From the NCBI GenBank assembly GCA_973895155.1, contig OZ316893.1:9549839-9613838 (forward strand): 64,000 nucleotides of DNA, in the 5' to 3' direction. Shown here in pieces: positions 34,769-47,479 of the stretch. Position 1 is the first letter of the stretch. Each line of letters begins with the position of its first letter. Under the pieces are notes generated by a model. The model had not been told where the DNA came from. It saw only the letters and a program-made list of their open reading frames with translations, and searched no databases. A program made the translations under genes and the position numbers. Source of the stretch: Marsupella aquatica (Eukaryota > Plantae > Marchantiophyta).

Positions 34769-37751
34769 GAAAGTACTGGATTTACAGAGTGTCATTCTGG
34801 GTGGGGGTGCTCTAATTCTGGGTAGGGGTGCTCTTGGATCAGTCCATAGGGTTAAAACTCAAGTAACTCCTTCAGTTATGGAGATTGAAACGGGGACAAC
34901 TTACGGAAAGATCACCCCCTGGATACTCAACTCTTGTATAATATGCAGGAGACAGTCCACAATTTTATAATAGTTTGGGTATATTCAAAAATAAAAAATT
35001 GGAAAAATCTGGTTAATTCCTTTTCAATTTGGGTCTGTCAAATCTAAAGTTTGGTTTCTTCTTTTTCCATGTAGGATTAAAAACAATTCTTCAACTATTT
35101 GCAATTTTTATTAAAATCTAACAGAACCCTGTATTGGAAAAAGCTATAGACCCCTGTATTAAAAATAAGCTATATAATTTGGTTTTGATCAAAAAATATC
35201 ACATCAATTTTTTCTTGGATTTTTTTTGAAAGTTATGTATTATTTTGGATTTCTTGAGTTGGGAGTTACAAGATTTTAGTAGATTAAAATTAAAATTCAC
35301 CTGGTCAATTGGATAGAAAACCATTATATTAAGGAATTAAAAGCCTGCCTTATAAAAAGGAGAGTTCTTACCTGGGGATCACCAGCTAAGGATGGAATTA
35401 GTTTGTGGACCCCCTAGCTACATGTTTAGGCCTTGTTTGAGCTCAAGTTGTGTGTTTATTATGGTCCAAAATGATCTGGTAAAACATGTTATTATATGCT
35501 GAGATAATTTTACAAATTTTAGTAAAAATATAGGATAAATTACCTCATCCAAATGTGGTTTTGCAATAGTCTTCATAATGACCAGTAAAATGAGGGCTTT
35601 TAGCTTGAGTTTTGAGACTGAGGCTAATATGGTTCATAATGCTCTGCTAGCAGGCGTTAAAACACTTAAGATATATAAGATATTTTAGCTAATTTTAGAA
35701 CATTAATAAACCCAAGGCACAGTTTTTTAGGTAGTTGATTTGGGCATTGGATGGCACTATATTCGACCACTAAAGTGCCTTGAGTTTAGAAGGCACTTTG
35801 AGTTGAGAAAATTACTTTCTCAAGATTAATTGAGAAGACTGCTCTTCTCAACAACTAATTCTAAGCTTTCTAGTCGTTGAGCCTTGTTAATTTGTAAAGA
35901 TTTGTCAATGTACTTTCAAATAATTGGAAATTCTGGAGATTTCATCACTAAAGCCTGACTTTGGCTAGTTTTGTTCAATTAGAGGTTAATAGCCTCATGA
36001 TCTTGATGCAGCTATTCACCAAATGGAGAAGGGCAAAACTAGTGTTGAGAAAAGAGAAGTCTCATAAGGAAGGGAAACTGGTAGTCATGTTGTGTTGAAC
36101 AAGTAGGATAAATTTTCTCACAAAATCATTGTGGACCCATTCAGGTATGGCTTGAGCAGTTTGACATTTTTTCAACTGCCACATGAATACTTTGCTTTGT
36201 AGGCTTAAGCCGACAAAGTGATTTATCATAAGCAATTGTCAAAATCAGCCCTTTTGGCTACATGCAACCAAAACTCTCAAGAGAGTCAATAGTCAATTCA
36301 TGGCAAGTCCAATTGAAACCAGATCAATGTCTGATCAAATGAATTGTATCAATTGATTGAGTCCAAGTTTCAACCATGGCATTTTGCATGAATTGCAAAA
36401 GGCTGGAAATCTTACTCCATGTGCTAGTTACCCGTTAACAAGGAAGTTATCAAGTTAGTTATTAGTCATTGTTTATTATATGAAAAATACTTTTCAAATC
36501 TTTGAATTTAATTTCTAAAATTGGATACGTAACTAAAACGGTTACATAGTGACACTTTTACCCGTTTCGCTCTTTGCATTTCTAAAATTTTACATTTCTT
36601 TTTATGGCATGGCGTCCCAAAATTTACACCCAAATTGACGCAAACATGAAAGAAAACTGTAAGTTTGATTCACAAAACCGACGACTCTTGTTTGTTGCGG
36701 TTGTTGTCGACGTGGCACGCTCTGGTGCCAGGAATTTTGGAAGGGACCTCTAGTGGGGTCCGTAATAACAGCTGTCAATGAATTTACAGATTGCATCTCA
36801 CTACGGACTGTAAAAGGCATCATCCCAATCAAATATCTGTTTGGGAATGGTCCATCCAAAATGTATAAGTCCATTTGGAAAAGTTGTTGGTCCATTTGGG
36901 TTTCCCACAACTACATTTTGACTCAACTTAACGTTGCCTCACAACAGGCTAATCTCGACGTATGAAACTCTAAACGGAAACATGGAATCCCCAAGGTAAA
37001 ATTGGCAACGTTCTGGATGTCTAGATTGACGTGGTTGCTTACGTCGTCTCACACGACGCACATTGCCACACTGCCAACGTGGTTCTTTGTGGGCACGATG
37101 TCCTATGCATCGTTAGAGTACTAGGCTAATGTAGATTTCCATGTCCATTGAACGTCGCACGAACTGACATTAATACAAACAAAACGCCGTGATTGACGAC
37201 GTTGACTCCCTCGTATAAAACAACGTTAGTTTTTGTAACGACGTCGGGGACACCGTTACGTTTGATGTAATGTGAATTCGTTCATTGGTTTATGTCGTGT
37301 GATAAGACGTTGTTATCATATATCGATGTCATGAACGACATTGTGTGAAAGTGGAAGACTACGTCTGGGTCATACCTTGTGAGAAGCTTGGTAACTTTAT
37401 GAATGAACGACGCCCCGTATATTATGCCGGACCCTGCCATACAACCTTATTGGAGGTTATAAACACACTTAAGCTAGGGTTACAATGAGGTGAGCATTAT
37501 TTGGGTAGGCAGTTGGGGTTTAGGGATACACATTCAATATGCATATGGTATAGACGTTGTAATCCGCGAAAAGTGTCGTATTAGATAATATTGTTATGGG
37601 CCAAATATGTACAAAATGGAGGATGAAGTCGGGCAAGTAAAATAGGCTATACCCTAGTCACGCTCAGTCCGCCTGGTATCACGTCCAGACCTGCGTGTAG
37701 AAGTGGGTTGTACGCCTCTCGGGCGCAACTCGTACCTGGAGTCATCCTCCT

Positions 37752-39560
37752 CTAAGCTAGTGGTACTGGGGGACAACGTATCTGCCTGTGTTGCAGCCTA
37801 TGAGTAGTCACTGGCCTACTCCCCTTACTGTGTGGAGGTCGCCTAGTGTCATCCCTCCTCCTCCTCTCCCTCTCCCTCCCCCTCCGTCTATCTGACCTAT
37901 CTCTCCCTATCTCCCTCTCTCTCCCTCCCCCGACTCTCTCTCTCCCTCCGGCCTTGGCCACTAGTACGCCCCCCATGAGTCTCTGCCTCCTCCTGCCCGC
38001 AATCTACGTGAGCCTCCTCCTCCAAACCCTCCTCGGGCAGTACCCTGGCTGGCGAGTGATCCTCAGGGATGGCCCGTGCAACCAAGCCCTCCGGAGGAGT
38101 CCAATCCTCCACCTGCATGATAGCATTCTGGTCAGTTAATGTCACAGAGTAGGCCTAAAGTCAACTACAACCTAGCAATCACTTTAGCTCTTACCCGGTG
38201 ATCCTCCGGGACTGAGGCCAACTTGGCCCATAGCGCTGCCGGGCCATACCGTTTCGAGTATAGCCGCTCCTCCTCCGACGGCTCGGCATCGACACCAAAC
38301 TTGCGTTTCTGCGAGAAAGCAAAAGAACGTCGTTCCTAAGCACGTATTCAACCCTCTCAGCATCGGTGCTAACGTCGTTCCATGCGTTGCATATCTAGTT
38401 AACATCGCTCTAACGACGTTTTCACTAAAGCGGTACATGTAACGTCTCAAGGACGACGTTCTTCCTAAGGTACGTCTCAGATGAAGTTACAAAGCAAATT
38501 TAACGTTGTTATGGAAGACGTTATGAATGAATCAGGCGACGTAATTTCAAAATCTCGACGTTACACTATGGTTTACATCGGAGCAACGAAATGAAAACGT
38601 GGAAGTTGGGTCCGAGACTTACGTAGGTTGCGAGGAACCCTCGCCATCCTCCTTGCCCCCAAAAATTGGTTACTAGAAGGCGTCCGCTATTCTTTTGAGC
38701 TGCAGTGGCTTTGTCACCCATGTGCACTCATTTTCCTACTGGGGTGTCTAGGGGTGCTTCAAGTTCAGACACGATCAAGTTGAAGTCCGACTCGGCCATC
38801 CCTTTAGGCTTACGGTACTGCCCTGTCTTCTCGCATTTCATTGCTCGGACCTTGCTTCTCCACCTGAATCTTCTGTCAGCAAGGAAACTCACAATCTTCT
38901 GCCTGATGTGTCAAAAATCAATCTCTCTGCCATTCTTGAATCCGGCCTGTATGTCATTGAGGAGTACTTGAAACTTCTTTGTATTGTGCACGAGGTCCTT
39001 CCAAGTCGCCCACCCAGGGCAGTGTTTCGTACAGCAGACCTGCACTCGATTCGTTAGCGCCTTCTCATCAAGCACCTCTGGCTTCGCATCAAAAGCAACC
39101 AGGCTGATGACCGGCAGTTGTTCTTTGCTGGCAGGAGTAGCAACGGTTTGGTGAGGAGAAGCTCGCCGATGACCTCCTCCGATTGAATGTGAATGTCAAG
39201 GTGACCTTCGACCTCTCCTATCTCTGTCCACCCTCGAATCTCATTCAGCCCTTTTTCTCTTGTGTGTGCTGCGGCTGTCTCTTTCTCTACGCTCCTTTCC
39301 CTTCCCCTTTTTTTGTCTCCTCTCAATGCTACTATTGCTACTCAAAGAACGGGAACGACGTTGCCTTCTGTGTGTCCGCAACTCTGTACTTGAATCATCA
39401 GGCTCATATCTCTGAATCCTCACTTGGCTCTTGATGGGAGTAACACAGGGTGGTTGTGAATCCGGCTCCATCCCAGAGAACGAGGGATAGTCCCAGACTG
39501 AGTCCATCAAGGGCGGGAAGGAAGCAAGAGGATCAAGTGATGTCCCCGGAAGGTCGCGCA
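37752..39560 (-). pseudogene. CACTA TnpA/ORF2-like gene, transcribed divergently from the transposase; stops present
   Basis: Minus-strand translation of 38620-39050 gives ..DIQAGFKNGREIDF*HIRQKIV..RKP..FWGQGGWRGFLATY followed by gtaagt. It is homologous to 868-1877, with the intron at the same position. Confidence 0.65.
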
Positions 39561-40877
39561 AGAACTCTGGTGCTTGAATGTCGGGATCAACCCTAAACTT
39601 TCACATCATCAAAGTTGATACTGAGGGGCAGATAAGCTGGACATGACATTGAGGCGAGACTTGGAGCAAATGTAGATGACCTTCACAAAGATTAGAGCTT
39701 CACTAGAGCTTCACTAGAGCCACGAACAGAATAGAACACTAGATGTGGGGTGAGGTGTGTGTGGAATGGTCGAATGACTCACATTCGACACTATGCCCCG
39801 GTATTTTCCGAATAGAATGCGACAGAGTTTGCAACAATGTGTTTCCGCCGTTCTCTGTCTATTTACGCCGTTTTTCACGACGATGCCCTAATTGATCGAT
39901 TAGTAATACGTTGTGCTAGACGACGTTTTCATTTAAACCTTGTTCTGTACACCGTTAAAAGGTAGGGTTTACTGTAATGTCGTGTGGGGTACGGTACATG
40001 ACGTAGGGTTTAAGAAATACGTCGTGTATTGTGTTCTCGGTGACGTAAAGTGAAAGTACTTCGTTTTACTTGACGTAAATATTGTGGTACTATAGTGGTC
40101 CCGACGTTCCATTTCCAAGGCTGAGTTTGCAAGTTTGCGTGTATATGTGTGTGTACTATTGCAGGCCATGGCCTCGTGGTCATCGGAGTGGTCATCTGAT
40201 GATCGCTATGATGGAGGTGCACATCACCGAGACAGGTACCGCTCTCATGATAGGGGGAGGGAGAGGAGGAGGGAGCACTCACCTGCAAGGTCGAGATACC
40301 ACTCAGCCGAGAGGAGGAGGGACTTATCATCTGATAGGAGCAGGCACCATTCGTCTGAGAGGAGTTGGGATCAGTCTTCAGATAGGGAGTACCGATCTAG
40401 GGATCATCGACATCGGGAGCGACGAAGGCATAGGAGGTCCCATCGACAGTCCCACCGCCACCGCCGGTCCAGGTCTCCCTCTGATGACCACACACCCCGA
40501 CACCGATCACCCATGCTGGAGGATGAGGATAGGTTTGGAGAGGCCATGGCTGCCCTTCAGGGGATTGGCCCAGTCCGAAAGATGCCCTGCCCATGTAGTA
40601 GATGCAAGGGCGTCGTCTCCCACGAGAGGACCACTGTCCTTAGCCATTTAGGCCTCCACGGCCGTTACGTACCCCCGACACATCAGGTAATTCATAAACC
40701 TTTATTGACACTATTCAATTCATTAAGTCCTTATTTTTGAATATAACATGTTTGGGTTTCTTGAGTTTCTTGAGTGTTTAGTTGGAATGGTTTTTTCCCT
40801 GATTTATGAAGTTCTCTTGTTCACATGCGAAACAGATTTTGTGTGTGGTCTCTCCGCCCTTGGACCACATGAGACAG

Positions 40878-41651
40878 GTTGCACATCGCGCGCTCACAGC
40901 ACTAGTTCCCCCATCAGCACTCGATGCCACGTTAAGGGCAATAGACCGTGTTTTTGATAGGAGGAGGAGGGTCATACGGAGTCACCCTATTGAGAGGGGA
41001 GTAGAGGTCACCACTAGACCTCGGTCCATTATGTCTCGTACCCCTAGGACGGTGCCGCCACACTGTCCTTTTCTTGATGCCTCTTTTTCCCGAGCACCAA
41101 GAGAGTTAAGAGGGAGAGCCTTGGACATCATAAAGGACTCATTCCCAACCCAGTTTGGCCTCCCTATGGTCCTGCTTGTTCTGGAGCCTATTGTAGTTTG
41201 GGATAGGCCATGGGTCCTCCTCCCATCCACATTGGGACCAGACGTAGGTCTTGGATTATTTGCACTCGTGGATATTGTGGTGCCGGAAGGTTGTGCACCT
41301 GAGGACCTGCCCGGGTTGATTCCATTTTATGCGCCAAAGTATTTGGCCCATAGATGGCGTATCTTGTCTTGCCAATGCCCAACCTTTGGTCGGTATGGCA
41401 TGTCACTAAAGTTGGACCCTAGGTATACTCAGATGGATGGTTACCCCCCTCGTACTGGAAACTTGGCGGGTTACATCAATAGCACAATGGGGTGTCGGCG
41501 TTTGGGGTTCCGCCCCAACGTTGAGTGGCATGAGTACCATGACCAGAGTCACCCTCGTTTGCCCTTGGGATGCAATCACTACATCCTGACACATGCCACC
41601 CGCACCATTCGAGCAGGGGATGAGATATTTGTAGACTATGATTGGCATTGA
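40878..41651 (+). CDS. SET-domain protein exon inside intron 1 of the CACTA transposase
   Basis: STLGPDVGLGLFALVDI, GNLAGYINS..PNV, and ATRTIRAGDEIFVDY correspond to the GxG, (R)xxN(H/S) and GxELxxDY SET motifs. The ORF (40806-41651) is uninterrupted. Confidence 0.85.
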   Translation, partial: VAHRALTALVPPSALDATLRAIDRVFDRRRRVIRSHPIERGVEVTTRPRSIMSRTPRTVPPHCPFLDASFSRAPRELRGRALDIIKDSFPTQFGLPMVLLVLEPIVVWDRPWVLLPSTLGPDVGLGLFALVDIVVPEGCAPEDLPGLIPFYAPKYLAHRWRILSCQCPTFGRYGMSLKLDPRYTQMDGYPPRTGNLAGYINSTMGCRRLGFRPNVEWHEYHDQSHPRLPLGCNHYILTHATRTIRAGDEIFVDYDWH

Positions 41652-44600
41652 AGATTATATATGTTATTGATCACTTATTCATTACTCAGAGTGAGACTTA
41701 TATTGGATTCTTTGACCTTCATTACCGCATGCACTATTGGGAACAAATTGTCTAATTTGGGGATGACCTTATCTAATATTGACGTCTTGCATAGGATGGT
41801 CCAAATATAACACCTACACCTCATCCATCGACGATGACGGAGTCAGCCCGTTCGTTCCACATGCGAGCCACATTATCTTTTTCTGACAACGAAGATGTTG
41901 AGAGTGATCATGTGCATGAGGACGAGGATGTGGACGAGGATGTGAATGAGTACCATGATGCACATGATGGCGATTTTGATGAAGATGTAGAGGATGATAT
42001 GGATGCACCTATTCTTGAAGAGGATGCTTTTGCGCACCTTGTGGACATCCACTTTGGACCTCATGTACCTGAGGGTGACCCTCCTGTCATGGAACTAGAC
42101 GAAGATGATTGGGACCAATTGGAAACTGAATCCAGGACTCCGCTATTCCAGGGTTCCCCGACCTCACGGTACATTTCTCTGAGGTGCTATTATAGTTTTT
42201 CTACTGTAATGTTGCTTAAGGGTGTGCATAAACCCTAAGTCCCCAATTGGACCATCCTCAATGGCATGCCTTAAACTAATTAAAAAGCTGGTTTCTTTGT
42301 GGTTTTCAATGCAAATGCAGGTTGGGAGCCACACTCTTGATGTTGAATTTACAGGGGGTTTTCAATGGATCAGATGTCCATACAGATGCACTCTTTGCGT
42401 TGTTCCACAACAAACTCTTGCCTCAACCTAACAACCTTCCAGGATGTGTGAGGGAGGCTAAGAAGTTGTTATCATCTATCGGACTGGCGTTAGAGACTAT
42501 ACATATGTGCCCTCATGGGTGCATCTTGTATAGAGGACCGTACTTGGACCTCACCCATTGCCCAATTGAGCGATGTGGCCTTCCACGGTATCGTCCTGAT
42601 ACCATTGGAGACAAGATTGCTGAGAAGGTAATGACATCCTCTCTGTACCACATCTGTATTTTAGTATTTTTTGACGTACTTTACGGCGTTTTGTGTCCCT
42701 TAACGTTGCCCTCGTGAGTAGTACGTCTTTCAACTAGAAGTAAATACCCCTAACGTCTCCCTTGTGATTTTTACGTCTTTCCATACGACGTTTTTTAGTC
42801 CAACGTTGATGTTTGCAACGTAAAAGTTTAGGGAACGTAGATCTGCTCAACATGAAACTATAACGTTGTTTTGGACAACGTTCACTTTTAGGATACGTAG
42901 TTATGTTCAATACAGAAGTAATATGTCGTATTGAACATCGTAAAGATTTTGGAACGTAGTTATCGTCAACGTATTTGTGATGTTAACGATGAAATGCCGC
43001 CTCATGGTTGTTGTACATTCAGGTACTGAGGTATTTTCCAATCACACCCCGATTGCAGCATCTATACCGACGAAGACACCTATCCTCCCTACAGACTTGG
43101 CATGCCGAGACCAACTCCCCAGCAGGGATAATGCGGTATCACCAAGATAGTCCAGCATGGAAGCACATTGATGCCACATGGCCAGATTTTGCTGCAGAGC
43201 CACGGAACGTTCGGTTGGGGTTGGCCATAGATGGGGTAAACCCATACAAGCAGCGACAAAAACCAAAGTCCATTTGGCCAGTTCTTTTGATAAATCATAA
43301 CATCCCTCCATGGTTGGCGATGAAAAAAGGTCATGTTCTCCTCCTAGCTATCATTCCCGGTCCCGAGGCTTGCAAGAATCCAGATGTTTGCTTGGCCCCA
43401 GCTTATGAAGAGCTACATGACTTGTGGGAAATTGGGGCTCCAACAACAGATGTCACCCGTGCACCGGACAATGGGAGGACATTCAACATGAGAGTCATGA
43501 TCACCCATTGCACCACTGATGGGCCAGGTAATTCAAAAACCTTACAAAATGTGATTATATTGTGCTAAATGACTTTATGTCTTCATTTGGCTTCTTTTAT
43601 TGTGGGAATATGATGGGGTTTCTTTGGCAGGCATGGGCACAATATCAGGCTTGAAGGTGGTTGGGTACTCAGGTTGCCCTTCATGTGGCCCTGAGTTGCA
43701 TGGGAGGTACTCAATACTATTGCACGAAACCACATATGAGGGGAGCAGGATGAGATTGTCAATGGATGACCCCATGCAATGTAACACAAGACATTGGGCA
43801 CAGACTGAGTTAAGACCATGTTCTAATGCGCCTTCAGCAGAAGCTCAAATTCAAATGGCAGAGATGGTGGAGGCTAAGCTGCTGAAACCCAAAGATTGTG
43901 GAGTAAACCGACGCTCAGCATTGTGGGACTTGCCTTATTGGAGGGTAGGTACAATACACCTATCAAATGTTGTGTATAGATTTTTTCATCAACTCTCATA
44001 ATGCTAGAGTTTTTCACTTGATTACCATGTTGTGCAAGCAGATGCTCAAGATCCGGTGGCTACTGGACCCCATGCACATTGAAGTGAATGTCGCAAAGAA
44101 TTTGGTGAAGCACATGTATGGTGAGAATGATACTCGTGGAGTTCGTGTGGATGCAAACTCGGGGGTCTCACTCCGCGAAAATCTCATATCACGTGCGACG
44201 AAGTATAGGGTCCGTTAATTGGGTTTCTCGGAAGACTTAAGAAGATTTGTGTAAGAACAATAGGGCCAACTTTATATGTTGGACAACTTGTAAGAATAAT
44301 AGGGATATTAATATTTTTGACTTTGTAGATGGAAGGCATACAAAGAAGTTAGGGGGTCTTTGTGTCGGACTATGTAAAGTACACGTGTCACTATGTCATT
44401 GGTACACGTGGCACACATAACATTCCCAATATATTTTCCTAATTTTTCTAATATGTTAACATGGCAAGAATTTGAGAATGATCTGGTTTTATGGGGACTC
44501 ACGTTTAGGGTTTGACCGGGATTAAGTTTGAAATTTTTCTGTTTAACGTGTCTCGTTTACCTCAATTGGCCCTTGTCAGTCCCTCCCGTGTCGTTTCCCT

Positions 44601-44699
44601 CCACTATCCCTTTGGCCCCACCCGCTCTTTGCCTCAACAGAGTCTCTTTTGTTTGTACCTTGCAGCAAATGGCCTAAACGGGGTCTAAACCAGTTGTGC

Positions 44700-45545
44700 T
44701 CCTGCTTGGAGTGAAGGTCGGATCGAGCGAGAGTGTGCTCTCGACTGCACTTGGAGTGAAGGTCGGATCGAGCGAGAGTGTGCTCTCGACTACACTGTTG
44801 CTGGAGTGAAGGATCGACTCCTGTTGTGCTCTCGACTGCACTGCTGCTGCGGCTGGAGTGAAGGATCGAGCTGCGTTGCTGCTGCGGCTGGAGTGAAGGA
44901 TCGAGCTGCGGCTGGAGTGAAGGATCGAGCTGCGGCTGGAGTGAAGGATCGAGCTGCATTGCTGCTGCGGCTGGAGTGAAGGATCAAGCAAGATTTCTCG
45001 GAGAAGGATCGAGCTGCGTTGCTGCTGCGGCTGGAGTGAAAGATCAAGCAAGAGTTCTCGGCGAAGGATCGAGCGAAGGAGTGAAGGGGAGAGCGAGAGT
45101 GAAGGGGAGAGCGAGAGTTCTCGGCGAAGGATCGAGCGAAGGATCGAGTGAAGCGCTGCTACTTGGAGTGAAGGGGAGAGCGAGAGTGTTGCGCTCTCGG
45201 CTGTGCTGTTGCCGTTGCTGCTTGAAGTGAAGGATCGACCAAGAGTTCCTGGCTGCGCTGCTGTTTAGAGTGAAGGGGAGAGCGAGACATCTCAGCTGCG
45301 CTGCTGCTTAGAGTGAAGGGGAGAGCGAGACTTCTCAGTTGCGTGCGCTGATTAGAGTGAAGGAGAGAGCGAGACTTCTCAGTTGCGTGTGCTGATTAGA
45401 GTGAAGGGGAGAGCGACACTTTGCAGCTGCGCTGCTGCTTGAAGTGAACCCGGGAGTGAAGGGGAGAGCGAGACTTTGTAGCTGCGCTGCTGCTTGAAGT
45501 GAACCCGGGAGTGAAGGATCGAGCAAGAGTGTTGCGCTCCGGGAG
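44700..45545 (+). repeat. Complex tandem array inside the P-like element
   Basis: More than 20 copies of gagtgaagg(atc/gga)gagc interleaved with gctgctgc. Confidence 0.9.
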
Positions 45546-46764
45546 GTGGGTGTCGAGAGTGTTGCATTGCTGCTTTCTAAAACGGGAGCTGCTAGCTTGC
45601 TGAAACGGGAGGTGGCTACTGCAGGGAGTGTTGCGATATCTCAAACCGGAGTGCCAGGATTGGAGCTGCATTGCTGCGTTGCTCAATCGGGAGGTAGGCG
45701 CTGCCTACTTTGACGATCGTACTTGCTTGCTTGCTACTATTTGATGCCCAAATCTATCACGCATGGCACACCTAGAGTCGATCTGGTAGCGGTCATAGAC
45801 GAGGAAGCACCTGATCTGCCCGTTTAGCTTTTCAGCTATAAAATTCCTGTTCTAAGCTCCGTGAATGGCGATAAGCTCTTTGAGTATTTTGTCCTCCAGA
45901 GCTCGCCATGCCCTCGCAGATAAGGTTTGGAGCCACTGCTGAGATCCAGCTCCAACTTCCCAGCCGAATACTAGCTCAGTATTGTCGTCATTTGTCTCGA
46001 CGTTGTCCATACTCATCTCTCCTTCTGTGTCCGCATCGACGACTTGACGCACATGTTTTTTGGATGCATCGTTAGAGTAACCGCGAGTACAGGTCTCCAA
46101 TGATTGCACTTGCCATGATTGACCACCTTACATGATCTCCATCCATGGGCTGGACCCCAGGAAAAAAATCATGTAACTTGACTTCTGTCGTCCCCCACAC
46201 ACCCGCACAAATCTGGTTCTCTATTACATGCCTTGGTGTCCCGTTGGCTGGTTCCTGCAATTTTCTTTAAGTCATCTAGAAGAGAAGACTTCTTTAAGTG
46301 TTTACTCAGCCAGGGGGGACCACAGCCTCCAGCCATACTGGGTGGCGGGCCTGGTCAAGACGTGGATGACGCTCGTGCTTGATTTTAAATTCTCTTTTGT
46401 TTCTCAAGCTTCTGGGCAAGGGCATTACCATTCTGGATTCTGAACTTGATCCTATTCAGGTTAGCTATTCAGGTCTGTTGAGCGATTGGGTTATTATTTT
46501 ATTGCTGTAGTAACATGCATGGCCAATTGGTTGTCTTCATGTAATGGGAAGTTTTTGAAACTTAGAAATTGAATGGTGGTTTCAATTTTGTTCACAGGTT
46601 GCAAAAGGAATTGTAGAGGTTGTCATCAGCGCTTGCAGCAGTGAGCACCAACACTTGCGGTGAAGCAGTTTGCTAGAACACATAGTGTACCTAGTGAATT
46701 GTAAGTTGCCTGTCATTGCACGTCTAATCGTCTGGCCATTCACCGAGTATAAAAAAATAGTGCC

Positions 46765-47163
46765 ATGGCTATATTGGGCATTACATTAGAAGCGAATTAT
46801 GAGAAGCTCCTTCTGCAGCATCCAGATGAATGCTGCTGGTGTGAACCTTGTGTCAAGTGCAGGGTTGGTGATGGGAATTTTGAATGGTTCCATTGCTTCT
46901 GCTTGAAAATGCGTGGAAGGCTTGTTACTAGGACATACATGGGAAAGCATGGCAAAGTTGTCACACGTCGTTGGAAGTGCTCTTGTATAAGGCCAACCAT
47001 TTGGCCTCAAAATGAGTGTCTTTTACGCAAGATTGTCATCCCGGACACGCTTGACATTGTAGTCCCTGATAGTATTCCACATTCAACTGAGCTTGATATT
47101 GTAGCCCCAGATAGTATATCAGATCAAGCTAAGGTTACAACCCATGGATGCTTGACATTGTAG
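46765..47163 (+). CDS. Small Cys-rich ORF, possible degenerate ING-type PHD finger
   Basis: CCWC..C..C..EWFHCFCL..RRWKCSC resembles the EWFHxxC..W.C pattern of ING PHD fingers. Confidence 0.4.
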   Translation: MAILGITLEANYEKLLLQHPDECCWCEPCVKCRVGDGNFEWFHCFCLKMRGRLVTRTYMGKHGKVVTRRWKCSCIRPTIWPQNECLLRKIVIPDTLDIVVPDSIPHSTELDIVAPDSISDQAKVTTHGCLTL

Positions 47164-47479
47164 TCCTTGATAGTACATGGATGCGTTGTTCATATATGAC
47201 TAGGCCTTTGTTTGCAAGGCTGCAATTGTACCATCCATGATATATGAGAATATTTTTCATTCCCATTATGTGGCAAAGTTTTGCAAGCTGGCATTGTATT
47301 TATGTATGTCTTGGTTGGTGGGTGTTCAGGTTGCACTGTGTAGTTGACTTCATCTGGGAGGGAGGTTTGCAGATCATTGGAGCAGGTGCTATGATTAACC
47401 TTATCTTTGTCTATGGATTGCTCACTATCATCATGTCCCCCTCATATGTGATGTGCTTTGTGATGATTGCAGTTGAACC

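Noticed and set aside
34920-36500. AT-rich region with possible MITE or decayed TE fragments
   Set aside because: No convincing TIR/TSD pair or coding motif could be established by eye.
44576-45686. ORFs with LDPSLQPQ or SSILHSSR repeats
   Set aside because: These are translations of the tandem DNA array, open in several frames.
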